From Candidatus Eiseniibacteriota bacterium (GTDB taxonomy: Bacteria > Eisenbacteria > RBG-16-71-46), in contig JBGAML010000007.1 in NCBI GenBank assembly GCA_044223005.1, positions 96,001-160,000 of the forward strand: a stretch of DNA of 64,000 nucleotides, written 5' to 3'. The notes under the pieces are model-generated. The model saw only the letters and a program-made list of their open reading frames with translations. It was not told the origin of the DNA and ran no database searches. A program made the position numbers and the translations under genes. Below, piece by piece: positions 51,349 to 61,277 of this stretch (position 1 is its first letter; the number at the start of each line of letters is the position of its first letter).

Positions 51349-51504
51349 AGGAGAAATCGGACTGGTCCCGACCGGTCCCGGGATGGTATGTTCCCGCGTC
51401 GCCCTGCGCCTGCAGGGCCGGCCGGTAGCGACTGCTCCCTCCGAACGAGACCTGACACTCGCGGACGGGGCCTCGGTTCTCACCTCTTGCAGGAGATCTC
51501 TGCT

Positions 51505-51774
51505 GTGACGCTCACGAAGGAGCAGAAGCAGGGCATCATCGACAAATTCAAGACCCACGAAGGCGACTCGGGCTCACCGGAGGTGCAGATCGCCCTCCTG
51601 TCCGAGAAGATCGACTACCTCACGGAGCACTTCAAGGTCCACAAGCGCGACCACGCGTCGCGCCGCGGCCTGCTCCGGATGGTGGGTCAGCGGCGCCGGC
51701 TGCTCGACTACCTGAAGGCGACCAAGGTGGATCGGTATCGAAAGGTCGTCAAGGAACTCGGACTTCGTCGCTAG
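51505..51774 (+). CDS. rpsO: 30S ribosomal protein S15
   Basis: [27 protein letters not shown] start after AGGAG. Confidence 0.97.
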   Translation: MTLTKEQKQGIIDKFKTHEGDSGSPEVQIALLSEKIDYLTEHFKVHKRDHASRRGLLRMVGQRRRLLDYLKATKVDRYRKVVKELGLRR

Positions 51775-51791
51775 GAATCACCTGGCGACAT

Positions 51792-51819
51792 GAGACGCGG
51801 CCCTCCCGGGCCGCGTTTC
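51792..51819 (+). terminator. Hairpin after rpsO
   Basis: GAGACGCGGCCC / GGGCCGCGTTTC. Confidence 0.55.
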
Positions 51820-51930
51820 GCTAGAACGGGGAAGGTCCCCGTTCGACCCGCCGGGCGTCGCTCGCCCGGACCGGGTAGGTCGTGACGACGAGGGTCGTCG
51901 TCACATGCGAGAGACAGGAAGACCAGAGGA

Positions 51931-54108
51931 ATGGCAGAACACAAGGTAACCGTGGACCTCGGCGGCAAGGAGCTCGTGATCTCCACGGGCAAGTGGGCCA
52001 AGCTCGCCGGCGGTTCGGCCGTCGTGCAGCTCGGCGGCACCGTGGTCCTGGTGGCGTCCAGCGCCGCCAAGAGCGCCAAGCCGGGGCTCGATTTCGTCCC
52101 GCTCACGTGCGACTACCGCGAGCGCACCTACGCCGCCGGCAAGATCCCGGGTGGCTTCTTCAAGCGCGAGGGCCGTCCCACCGAGAAGGAGACGCTGAGC
52201 TCGCGCCAGATCGACCGGCCCATCCGGCCGCTCATCAACAAGCAGTGGACCTTCGAGACGCAGGTCATGGCGACCGTCGTCTCGTCGGACCAGGAGCATG
52301 ATGCCGACGTCCTCGCCCTGATCGGCGGTTCGGCGTCGCTCGTCCTTTCGGACATTCCGTTCCCCGAGCCCGTCGCCGGCGTGCGCGTCGGCCGCGTGGA
52401 CGGCCAGTTCGTGATCATGCCGACGTTCGCGCAGCTCGACGAGTCCGACCTGGACGTCGTCGTGGCCGGCACGGCGAACGACATCATCATGGTCGAGGGC
52501 GGCTGCCACGAAGTGCCCGAGGCCGACATGATCGCGGCGCTCGACTTCGCGATGCAGCACATCCGCAAGATCGTCGCGGCGCAGGCCGAGCTCGTCCGCC
52601 TGGCGGGCAAGACCAAGCGCCCGATCCCCGAGAAGGTGGATCTCTCCGACCTCACGGCCGAGCTGCGCACGGCGTACACCGAGCGCCTCAAGGCCGCGAT
52701 CCGCATCCCGGGCAAGGAGTCCCGCCAGGAAGAGATCGACAACGTCACCGCCGAGGCCGTCGCCGCGCTCACCGAGAAGTACGCCGAGCGCGCCGCCTAC
52801 ATCGGCAAGATCCTCCACGACATCGAGCGCGACTGCCTGCGCGGGATGATCCTGGACGAGGGCGTGCGCGCCGACGGCCGCAACCCCGACCAGATCCGCC
52901 CGATCACGATCGAGGTCGGCATGCTCCCGCGCACGCACGGCTCGTGCCTGTTCACGCGCGGCGAGACGCAGGCGCTCGTCGTCACGACGCTGGGCACCAA
53001 GGCCGACGAGCAGCGCATCGAGGAGCTCGAGGGCCAGTCGTGGAAGTCGTACATGCTGCACTACAACTTCCCGCCGTTCTCCGTGGGTGAGACGCGCCCG
53101 ATCCGTGGGCCGGGTCGCCGCGAGATCGGTCACGGCGCCCTCGCCGAGCGTGCCGTCGAGCCGGTGATCCCGGCCGACACGCACTTCCCGTACACGATCC
53201 GCATCGTGAGCGACATCCTGGAGTCGAACGGCTCCTCGTCGATGGCCTCCGTGTGCGGCGCGTCCATGTCGCTGATGGACGCCGGCGTGCCGATCAAGGC
53301 GCCGGTCGCGGGCGTGGCCATGGGCCTGATCAAGGAAGGCGACAAGGTCGCCGTCCTCACCGACATCCTCGGCGTCGAAGACCACCTCGGCGACATGGAC
53401 TTCAAGGTGACCGGCACCACCGACGGCATCACCGCGTTCCAGATGGACACCAAGATCGGCGGGATCTCGTTCGAGATCATGAAGCGCGCGCTCGAGCAGG
53501 CGCGGGTCGGCCGGTTGTTCATCCTGGGCAAGATGAAGGACTGCCTCGAAGCGCCGCGCACCGAGATGTCGCCGTTCGCGCCGCGCATCAGCATCATCAC
53601 GATCCACCCGGACAAGATCCGCGAGGTCATCGGGCCCGGCGGCAAGGTGATCAAGAAGATCACCGAGGAAACCGGCTGCCAGATCGACATCGAGGACACC
53701 GGCGAGATCCGCATCGCCTCCACGAACATGGAGGGGAGCAAGCGGGCCGAGGAACTCATCCGGAACATCACCGAGGACCCCGAGGTCGGGCGCGTGTACC
53801 AGGGCAAGGTGCGCAGCGTCGTCAACTTCGGTGCGTTCGTCGAGATCGTCCCGGGCCGCGACGGCCTGCTGCACGTCTCGGAGATCGACTGGGGCCGCAC
53901 GGAGCGCGTCGAGGACGTGCTCAACGTCGGCGACATGGTCATGGTCAAGGTGATCGGCGTGGACAAGGACGGCAAGATCAAGCTGTCGCGCCGCGCGCTG
54001 CTTCCCGAGCCCGAGGGCTACGTGGGCAGCGGCGTCGGTGGTGGCGGTGGTGGTGGTCGCCGGGAGCGTGGCGACCGCGACCGCGATCGCGGTCCGCGCC
54101 GGCGCTAG
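51931..54108 (+). CDS. pnp: Polynucleotide phosphorylase
   Basis: IPGGFFKREG, RREIGHG, SNGSSSMA, EDHLGDMDFK, KH and S1 domains. Confidence 0.98.
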   Translation: MAEHKVTVDLGGKELVISTGKWAKLAGGSAVVQLGGTVVLVASSAAKSAKPGLDFVPLTCDYRERTYAAGKIPGGFFKREGRPTEKETLSSRQIDRPIRPLINKQWTFETQVMATVVSSDQEHDADVLALIGGSASLVLSDIPFPEPVAGVRVGRVDGQFVIMPTFAQLDESDLDVVVAGTANDIIMVEGGCHEVPEADMIAALDFAMQHIRKIVAAQAELVRLAGKTKRPIPEKVDLSDLTAELRTAYTERLKAAIRIPGKESRQEEIDNVTAEAVAALTEKYAERAAYIGKILHDIERDCLRGMILDEGVRADGRNPDQIRPITIEVGMLPRTHGSCLFTRGETQALVVTTLGTKADEQRIEELEGQSWKSYMLHYNFPPFSVGETRPIRGPGRREIGHGALAERAVEPVIPADTHFPYTIRIVSDILESNGSSSMASVCGASMSLMDAGVPIKAPVAGVAMGLIKEGDKVAVLTDILGVEDHLGDMDFKVTGTTDGITAFQMDTKIGGISFEIMKRALEQARVGRLFILGKMKDCLEAPRTEMSPFAPRISIITIHPDKIREVIGPGGKVIKKITEETGCQIDIEDTGEIRIASTNMEGSKRAEELIRNITEDPEVGRVYQGKVRSVVNFGAFVEIVPGRDGLLHVSEIDWGRTERVEDVLNVGDMVMVKVIGVDKDGKIKLSRRALLPEPEGYVGSGVGGGGGGGRRERGDRDRDRGPRRR

Positions 54109-54122
54109 GCACCGGTCTCGCG

Positions 54123-54161
54123 ACGGCGGGCGGCCTTCGGGCCGCCCGCCGTTTGTGTTTT
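54123..54161 (+). terminator. Intrinsic terminator after pnp
   Basis: ACGGCGGGCGGCC-TTCG-GGCCGCCCGCCGT followed by TTGTGTTTT. Confidence 0.85.
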
Positions 54162-54219
54162 CGCCCCCGCGATGGCAGCTTGCGAGAATGAACGGTCTCG
54201 CACGTGGGGGGCGCGAATC

Positions 54220-55500
54220 GTGAGCGCGCGGATCGAGCGGCACGTCCTGCCGTCGGGCCTGACGCTGCTCGTGCATCCCATGCCCGACCGGCGCTCGGTG
54301 TCCGTCGGCGTCTGGGTGCGGACCGGTGCGCGTGACGAATCGCCCGTGCGGCTCGGGATCACCCACTTCCTCGAGCACATGATGTTCAAGGGCACGGCCA
54401 CGCGCGACGCGCGCGCGATCGCCGAGAGCCTGGAATCGCTCGGCGGCCACCTCGACGCGTTCACGACGCGCGAGCAGGTCTGCTTCGCCGCGCGCGCCCT
54501 GAGCGAGCACCTGCCGCAGGCGATCGACGTGCTTTCCGACATCACGTGCCAGTCGCGTTTCGAACCGCGCGAGATCGAGCGCGAGAAATCGGTCGTGAAG
54601 GAGGAGATCCTCTCCTACGAGGACAACCCCGAGGAGAAGGTCGGCGACCTGCTCGCGGCGCTCGCGTGGGGCGACCACGCGCTCGGGCGGCCGATCCTCG
54701 GCACCGCCGACACGGTCGATGCGCTCGACCGCGACGCGCTGGTCGAGCACTTCCGCGGGCGCTTCCGCGCCGACCAGATCATCGTCGCGGCGGCGGGCGG
54801 CCTGACGCTCGAGGACCTGCTGCCGCTCGTCGAGCGCGGTTTCCGCACGCCCGACGGCGAGGCGCCGGTGCCGGATGGCCCGCCGCCGCCGCCGCGGCCC
54901 GCGGTCCAGCACGAGGTGCGCGACCTGCAGCAGCTCTATCTCTCGCTCGCCGGCCGTTCGGTCGCCTACGGCGATCCGCGCCGGTACGCGCTCGTCGTGC
55001 TCGAGACGCTGCTGGGCGGCGGCATGAGCTCGCGGCTCTTCCAGAGCATCCGCGAGGAAGCCGGGCTCGCGTACTCGATCTTCTCGACGCTGGACTTCAT
55101 GCGCGACGGCGGGCTCGTGTCGATCCACATGGGCGTGTCGCCCGATCGCGCGCGACAGGCGCTGGCGCTCCTGCGCGAGGAACTGGTGCGCATCGCCGGC
55201 GAGGGGCCGACGGTGGCCGAACTCGAGTCGACGCGGCAGCAGCTCAAGGGCTCGCTCACGATCGGCCAGGAGAGCACGTCGGGCCGCATGTACCACATGG
55301 CGCGACAGGAGCTCTACACCGGCCGCTACGCGTCGCCCGACGAACAGGTCGCGCGCATTCTCGCCGTGTCGCACGAGCAGGTGAAAGCCGTCGCGGCCGA
55401 GTTCTTCGCTCCGGAGCGCTTCGCGCTCGCGGCGCTCGGCCCCGCGCCGGGCGGCCCGCTCGGGCCGGCCGACTGGCCCGGCGGCGTTGCGGGATCCTGA
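54220..55500 (+). CDS. M16 (pitrilysin-like) zinc peptidase
   Basis: HFLEH, GGGMSSRLFQ.IRE..GLAYS; conserved position after pnp. Confidence 0.92.
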   Translation: MSARIERHVLPSGLTLLVHPMPDRRSVSVGVWVRTGARDESPVRLGITHFLEHMMFKGTATRDARAIAESLESLGGHLDAFTTREQVCFAARALSEHLPQAIDVLSDITCQSRFEPREIEREKSVVKEEILSYEDNPEEKVGDLLAALAWGDHALGRPILGTADTVDALDRDALVEHFRGRFRADQIIVAAAGGLTLEDLLPLVERGFRTPDGEAPVPDGPPPPPRPAVQHEVRDLQQLYLSLAGRSVAYGDPRRYALVVLETLLGGGMSSRLFQSIREEAGLAYSIFSTLDFMRDGGLVSIHMGVSPDRARQALALLREELVRIAGEGPTVAELESTRQQLKGSLTIGQESTSGRMYHMARQELYTGRYASPDEQVARILAVSHEQVKAVAAEFFAPERFALAALGPAPGGPLGPADWPGGVAGS

Positions 55501-55693
55501 CGTTCGCGCGATTCCCGGCCATGAGGGCGCCACACCCGTGGCCAGCCCACCGCGATCCCGGCGCGCACGTCCCTTCGTGCCCTCGTGCACTTCGGTCCTG
55601 CAAGGTGCATGGCGGCACGTGCTTGCCGCGCACGCTCCCGGCGCCGGCCGGCGCCGGAGCTTGACCGGCACCGTCCTTGCGTTGAGAGTCGGC

Positions 55694-56536
55694 ATGATGA
55701 CCGCTCCCCGCATGCACCCGCGCTTCGCCCCGCGCCCGGCCGCACTCGTGCTCTCGGTGTTCGTCGCGCTCGCCGCACTCGCGGGATCCGGATCCCCCGG
55801 ACGTGCCGCCGACGACGAACTGCCGTCCGCCACCGCCGTTGGCCCCCGCGAAACGCTGCCCGCGGTCGAGCATCCGTTCCGTGCCGGCGAGTCGCTGCGC
55901 TTCTCGGTGCAGTACGGCTTCGTGCACGCGGGCACCGCGTGGCTCGAGGTGCCGGAGGTCGTGGACTGGAACGGGGTGCCGTGCTGGCGGCTCGTCGCGC
56001 GCGCCGAATCGAACTCGTTCTTCGATCGCATGTACCGCGTGCGGAATCGCATCGAGTCGCTCTGGGACCGTGACGGCCTGTTCAGCTGGCGCTACTTCGA
56101 GGATCGCCACGAAGGCCGGTTCCACGCCAACGACACCATCTCGTTCGACACCACGGCGCACATCGCGCGCTACAAGGACGGGCGCACGTTCGACCTGCCC
56201 GCCGAGTCGCAGGACGCGCTCTCCGCGTTCTACTTCACCCGCTTCAAGGCCCTGCCCATCGGCGGCAGCGTCACGTTCCCGTACCACGCGAGCCACAAGA
56301 GCGCGACGATGGAAGTCCGCGTTCTGGGGCGCGACCGCGTGAAGACGCCGGCGGGCAAGTTCGACTGCGTGATGATCGAGCCGATCCTCAAGGCCGGCGG
56401 CATCTTCGCCAACAAGGGCCGGCTCGTGATCTGGATCACCGACGACGAGCGCCGCATGCCGGTGCTGATGAAGAGCAAGGTGATGATCGGGTCGATCCGC
56501 GTCGTGCTGCAGGAGGCCAAGCCGGGGGAGGGCTGA
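55694..56536 (+). CDS. DUF3108-like exported protein
   Basis: PFRAGESLRF.V.YG, QDALSAFY..R, VKTPAGKF, WITDDERRMPV; start uncertain. Confidence 0.75.
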   Translation: MMTAPRMHPRFAPRPAALVLSVFVALAALAGSGSPGRAADDELPSATAVGPRETLPAVEHPFRAGESLRFSVQYGFVHAGTAWLEVPEVVDWNGVPCWRLVARAESNSFFDRMYRVRNRIESLWDRDGLFSWRYFEDRHEGRFHANDTISFDTTAHIARYKDGRTFDLPAESQDALSAFYFTRFKALPIGGSVTFPYHASHKSATMEVRVLGRDRVKTPAGKFDCVMIEPILKAGGIFANKGRLVIWITDDERRMPVLMKSKVMIGSIRVVLQEAKPGEG

Positions 56537-56758
56537 GCCCACGGGCCGCACGGGCCCGCGACCGCCCGCGCCGGACGCGCGGTGCGATGACGCACCCGTG
56601 GGCGAGAGCACCCGATGGCGGGCCCGCGGCCGCGACTTCAACTGCGCCGGCCACCGCCGCCGCCGGGGTTTGCGCCCCTCGCGGTGGGCGAAGCGGCAAG
56701 TCGAGCCCGGCATGGGTCTTGCGGAATTCCAGGGGGGTGACCGGAAACGGTTCCATCG

Positions 56759-56788
56759 TTGACAGCCCCGTGACGCTCGGCATAGACT
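56759..56788 (+). promoter_or_regulatory. sigma70-type promoter of the polysaccharide locus
   Basis: TTGACA-18bp-TAGACT. Confidence 0.7.
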
Positions 56789-57034
56789 TCTATCCCTCAT
56801 CCTGCTGCGACTTAGGGTCGCACCGCCTTCAGGGTTGGAGGAATCGCCGAGACGCGTCTTGCTAATGCTTCGGACGGGGTGCGCAGTCGTTTGGCTCAAC
56901 CGTCGATTTGTTAGCCGGGTTCCCCCCAGGCACCCGAGCGCGTCCGGAAGTCGCCGGATCTTCGGCATCCCTGCCGATGGCCGACGCCCCGCCGCCTCGC
57001 CCCGGCCGGAATCCCCCCGATCATGGGAGAACGC

Positions 57035-57787
57035 GTGATTCGTCGCATCTCGAGAGTCCTCGCCTGCCTCGTGCTCCTCGCTGCGTGCGTGGCCGCACCC
57101 GCGCGGGCCGTCGATCCCAACGCCGCCGACAGCCTCGGCATGGACTGGAGCCGGGTTCCGGAGTACCGCATCGTGCCGGGGGACCGGCTCTCGATCGATC
57201 TCGGCCCCAAGCCCGACGGCATCTCGGAGTACCTGCACGAAGTGCTCGTGCGGCCGGACGGCCGCATCACCGTGTACCCCGTCGGCGACGTCGTGGCCGC
57301 GGGCCGCACGCCCATGGAACTCCAGAAGCTGGTCGTCGACCTGCTCTCGGCCGACATGCGGGCGCCGCACGTCACGATCGAGGTCGTGAGCATGGCGGCG
57401 AACCAGGTTCACGTGCTCGGTCGCGTCGACAAGTCCGGGCCGGTGCCGGCCGGCGCGTTCATGACCGTGTCGCAGGCGATCACCGCCGCCGGCGGCTTCG
57501 CCCCGGACGCGGCGCGCAACAGCGTGCTGCTCATCCATCGCGAAGGCTCGCGCGCGGTGCGCGTCTCGCGGGTGCGCATGGACCGGTTCCTCAAGGGCGA
57601 GTCGCTCGCCGATCCGCCGGTCCAGCGCTTCGACATCGTCTACGTGCCGCGCTCCACCGTCGGCAACATGAACGTCTTCCTGCGTCAGCTCTTCGACGGC
57701 CTCGGCCCCGCGGTGAGCACGTCGTACATCGGCTGGGAGCTCTTCAACCTCGACCGCGTGTTCGAAGCCCGCGTCTCGCGGCAGTGA
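57035..57787 (+). CDS. Polysaccharide export protein (Wza/OPX, SLBB domain)
   Basis: EYRIVPGDRL, VRPDGRI, AGRTP, VLGRV..G, AITAAGGF, DIVYVP. Confidence 0.88.
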   Translation: MIRRISRVLACLVLLAACVAAPARAVDPNAADSLGMDWSRVPEYRIVPGDRLSIDLGPKPDGISEYLHEVLVRPDGRITVYPVGDVVAAGRTPMELQKLVVDLLSADMRAPHVTIEVVSMAANQVHVLGRVDKSGPVPAGAFMTVSQAITAAGGFAPDAARNSVLLIHREGSRAVRVSRVRMDRFLKGESLADPPVQRFDIVYVPRSTVGNMNVFLRQLFDGLGPAVSTSYIGWELFNLDRVFEARVSRQ

Positions 57788-57797
57788 CGGACGGACC

Positions 57798-59180
57798 ATG
57801 ACCCTGACTCCCGGCTCTCCCCAGGCCCCGGCCACCGCGAACCGCGCGACCATGCGCGAGTTCGTCGCCGTGCTCTTCCGGCGGCGCTGGCTCATCCTGG
57901 GCCTGTTCCTCGTCGTGACCGCCACCGTCGTGCTCGTCACGCTCACGACGCCGACCTACTACTCGTCTTCCGGCCGCGTGCTCGTCACGCGCGGCGAGCG
58001 CGAGAGTGCGCTGAGCGGCCGCGTGCAGATCCTCAACGAGTGGGAACAGGATCTCGCCGGCGAGGTCGCCAAGGTCCGCAGCGACACGGTGCTCGCGCAC
58101 GCCCGCGTGTTGCTCGACGCGCGCGCGAAGGTGGGCGGGCGCAAGCCGCCGGGTCTCGCGGCCAATCGCGTGGACGTGCAGGTGTCCGGCAAGAGCAACG
58201 TGCTCGAGATCGGCTACGACGACCTCAACCCCGAGGTCGCGCAGGAAGTCTGCGACGCGCTGCTGACGTCGTACGTGGAGTACCGCCGCGAGAAGGGCTG
58301 GGCGCGCTCGGACAGCATGTTCGCGGCGGCCATGGACACGCTCGATCGCCAGATCCAGGAGCGGCTCGCGGAACGCGAGCACATCAGCGCCACGTCCGGC
58401 GTCTCGGACCCGATGGAGCAGATGCGCGCGTGGAACAGCAGCTCGCTCGGCATCGAGCAGCGCCGGAACGAGGTCGCCGCCGACCTCGCCGACGCGAAGG
58501 CGGTGCTCGAGCAGCTGCGGCAGTTCCAGCAGCACCCGGATCGCGACGTGGCGGGTTCGAGCGCCTTGCCGACGGGCGACGAAGGCTCGCTGTTCCCGAT
58601 CAAGATGAAGATCACCGACCAGCAGGCGGTGGTCGCACGGCTGCGCGAACGCTACCGCGACGACTCGCCCGAAGTGCAGCGCGCCGCGGAGACGCTCGAG
58701 ACGCTGCAGGCGCTGCTGCGCCGCGAGATCGATTCGCGACTCGCCGTGTCGCAGGCGCGCGTGGAGGCACTGCAGGCGCGCCTCGCGGTGCACGATCGCG
58801 ATCTCGCCGCCCTGCGCGCCAAGCTCGCGTCGGTGCCGCAGAACCAGCGTTCGATCGAGGACCTGAACGCGGAGATCAAGACGCTCCGCGGCCGCTACGA
58901 CGAATACGCCAAGGCGCGCGACCTCGCCCGCATCACCAAGAACACGTCGGAAGGCGTGACGGTGACGCTGCTGAACCCGGCCGGCGCGGCCAAGCCGAAG
59001 AACACTCGCGACATCGTGCGCATGCTGCTCGCCCCCGCGTTCAGCCTCGTCGTGGGCACCGGGCTCGCGTTCTTCTTCGACGGTCTCGACCTCACCGTGC
59101 GCACGGCGGGGCAGGCCGAGGAGTATCTCGAGTTGCCCGTGCTCGCCACGCTCCCCGAACGCCGCCGGCAGCGCGGCTGA
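57798..59180 (+). CDS. Polysaccharide co-polymerase (Wzz/GumC, Wzc membrane part)
   Basis: LFRRRWLI TM1, long coiled coil, TM2, LELPVLATLP end. Confidence 0.88.
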   Translation: MTLTPGSPQAPATANRATMREFVAVLFRRRWLILGLFLVVTATVVLVTLTTPTYYSSSGRVLVTRGERESALSGRVQILNEWEQDLAGEVAKVRSDTVLAHARVLLDARAKVGGRKPPGLAANRVDVQVSGKSNVLEIGYDDLNPEVAQEVCDALLTSYVEYRREKGWARSDSMFAAAMDTLDRQIQERLAEREHISATSGVSDPMEQMRAWNSSSLGIEQRRNEVAADLADAKAVLEQLRQFQQHPDRDVAGSSALPTGDEGSLFPIKMKITDQQAVVARLRERYRDDSPEVQRAAETLETLQALLRREIDSRLAVSQARVEALQARLAVHDRDLAALRAKLASVPQNQRSIEDLNAEIKTLRGRYDEYAKARDLARITKNTSEGVTVTLLNPAGAAKPKNTRDIVRMLLAPAFSLVVGTGLAFFFDGLDLTVRTAGQAEEYLELPVLATLPERRRQRG

Positions 59181-59200
59181 ACGCTCGGAGGCTCCCTCGC

Positions 59201-59959
59201 ATGACCCGCATCTTCGACGCGCTCAAGAAGGCCGACGCCTCGCGCCACCCGGCGCCGGCGCTCGCCGCGACGGCCCCGGCGATGTCCGCCCGTGGCCCCG
59301 AGATGCCTCGCTTCTGCGTGCCGCTCGTCGGGGCGATCCCGATGGGCGAGGACGTCGTCCGCGAGATGTCCGCGTTGCGCGTGAACCTCGAATCGGCCCT
59401 GCGTGACCGGATGCCCCGGATCGTGATGTTCCTCGGCCCCCAGGGGGGCGAGGGCAGCACCACGATCGCGGTGCAGTTCGCGCAGAGCCTCGCGCGCGAC
59501 CCCGAACTCCGGCCGCTTCTGGTCGACTGCAACGTCCGCCGCCCGGCGTACGTTCCGGACGAATCGGGCCGCGCCGCGATCCTCGATCGCCGCCTGATCC
59601 CGGGCAGCACCGATCACGGCGCGGTCGTGACGTCGAACCTCTTCGTGGTGCCGCTCTCGCCGCAGGTGCGCACGGGAGGCCTCGTCCAGCCCGCGGTGCT
59701 CCGCCAGCTGCTCGAAGCGAACGCGCCGGGCTTCGACTGGATCCTGATCGACGGACCGCCCGTGCTCGAAGCGCCGGAAGCGGCGGCCCTCGGGGCCATC
59801 GCGGACGGCGTCGTCGTGGTGGTGCAGTCCGGCCGCACGAAGCGGCCGGTGCTCGCGCGCGCGGCCGAACTCCTGAGCAAGGCCGGTTCGCGCGTGGTCG
59901 GCAGCGTCCTCAACCGCAGAGTCCACGAGATCCCGGAGTTCATCTACCGTCGCATCTGA
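59201..59959 (+). CDS. CpsD/CapB-like tyrosine-kinase homologue with degenerate active site
   Basis: MTRIFDALKKA, GPQGGEGSTT, LLVDCN, ILIDGPP, ADGVVVVV, GSVLN. Confidence 0.82.
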   Translation: MTRIFDALKKADASRHPAPALAATAPAMSARGPEMPRFCVPLVGAIPMGEDVVREMSALRVNLESALRDRMPRIVMFLGPQGGEGSTTIAVQFAQSLARDPELRPLLVDCNVRRPAYVPDESGRAAILDRRLIPGSTDHGAVVTSNLFVVPLSPQVRTGGLVQPAVLRQLLEANAPGFDWILIDGPPVLEAPEAAALGAIADGVVVVVQSGRTKRPVLARAAELLSKAGSRVVGSVLNRRVHEIPEFIYRRI

Positions 59960-60029
59960 TCCCGAGGCGGACGCCCCGTGTTCCCGGCCCGGCCGGCGGC
60001 ACGCGCGGGTGTCTCGCCGGAGGCTCCCG

Positions 60030-61277
60030 ATGGAGCCGCGTCCCGGATTGAGCCCGAACATCGTCCCCGCCGTCGAGCCCACGGCCGCCGCCCTCGCCGC
60101 CGCGGGCTCTTCGTCTGCCCGCGCGCTCGACGGTGCGCTGGCGATCGCGGACGCGTGGGTCGGCGGGCGCTGCGAGGCCATGATCCTCGCGGGCAGCCAC
60201 GCGACGGGCGAAGGCGTCTGGTGCGTGGTCGGCGGCCGCGAGGTCACGCTCTCGGACCTGGATCTGTACGCGGTGATGCCGGACGAAGCGGCCTGCCACG
60301 CGGCCGAGGCGGCCGCGCGTCGCGAACGCCCGGCGCTCGGTGAACGGCTCGCGGCGCTCGGGATCGCGGGACCGCTCGAGGTCTGCTTCCGCACGCGGGC
60401 CGGGCTCGCGCGCCTGCCCGCCAAGCCCGGCACGATCGAACTCGCGCGGCACGGCCGCGTCGTGCGGGGCGATGCCCGCGCGCTGGAGTCGCTGCCGCGC
60501 TGGACCGCCGCGGACGTCTCGCGCGAGGAACGCCTGCTGCTGCTCGAGAACCGCGGCTTCGAACTGCTCCTGGCGGCGCCGACCGGCAGCCGCGACGCCC
60601 TCGCCACGCTGCGGGCGCGCCACGCGCTGCTCAAGGCCGCGGCCGATCTCGCCACGGTGCTGGCGCTCGCCGAGGGCACGCTGCCCGACGGCACGGGGGC
60701 GCGCATCGAGTGGGCGACCCGGCACGCGTTGCCGGGCCTCGAGGCGCTGCTGCCGCTCGAGCACCAGCCGGGCGTGAAGGCACTGCGCGCGATCTGGGAC
60801 GCCGCGCGCGCGTGGCGCGCGGGCGCGGTCACCGCGCTGCCGCCGGACGCCGCCGCCGCGGAGTGGCTCGCGGCCGTTCGCGCGTGGTGTGCGGTGTGGT
60901 GGGCCGCGCACGGCGAGGGCCCGCGCGAGCCCTGGGCCCGCGCGCTGCGCGTCGCCGCGCGCGCACCCATGCGCCGGCGTGCGCGCCAGGCGCTCGTCGC
61001 GGCGTCGCGCGGCGGCGCGAACTCGCCGCTGGGCGCGCGGCTGCGTGCGGCGCTCGCGGGAACGCCGCAGCACCGTGTGAACGCGACGGCCGCCGTGCTC
61101 CTGCTCGCCGCGGCGTCGTCGAGCGGTACGCCCGCGCTGCCGGCCGGGGCGCTGCGCGCGCTGCACGTGCTCGGCGTGACCGATGCCGGCGGCTGGGATC
61201 ACGCGCGGCGCGACGCCGTGCGCGCGTGGGACCTGTGGGTGCTCGACGGCCAGCGCACGGCAGGGGAGCAGCCGTGA
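60030..61277 (+). CDS. Hypothetical protein with Pol-beta-type nucleotidyltransferase motif
   Basis: ILAGSHATGEG...LSDLDLYAV; GGAGG RBS; GTGA coupling to the next gene. Confidence 0.6.
   Translation: MEPRPGLSPNIVPAVEPTAAALAAAGSSSARALDGALAIADAWVGGRCEAMILAGSHATGEGVWCVVGGREVTLSDLDLYAVMPDEAACHAAEAAARRERPALGERLAALGIAGPLEVCFRTRAGLARLPAKPGTIELARHGRVVRGDARALESLPRWTAADVSREERLLLLENRGFELLLAAPTGSRDALATLRARHALLKAAADLATVLALAEGTLPDGTGARIEWATRHALPGLEALLPLEHQPGVKALRAIWDAARAWRAGAVTALPPDAAAAEWLAAVRAWCAVWWAAHGEGPREPWARALRVAARAPMRRRARQALVAASRGGANSPLGARLRAALAGTPQHRVNATAAVLLLAAASSSGTPALPAGALRALHVLGVTDAGGWDHARRDAVRAWDLWVLDGQRTAGEQP

Noticed and set aside
60030..61277. CBASS CD-NTase or toxin-antitoxin nucleotidyltransferase
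   Set aside because: No effector, Cap or HEPN partner genes; the gene is coupled inside a polysaccharide operon
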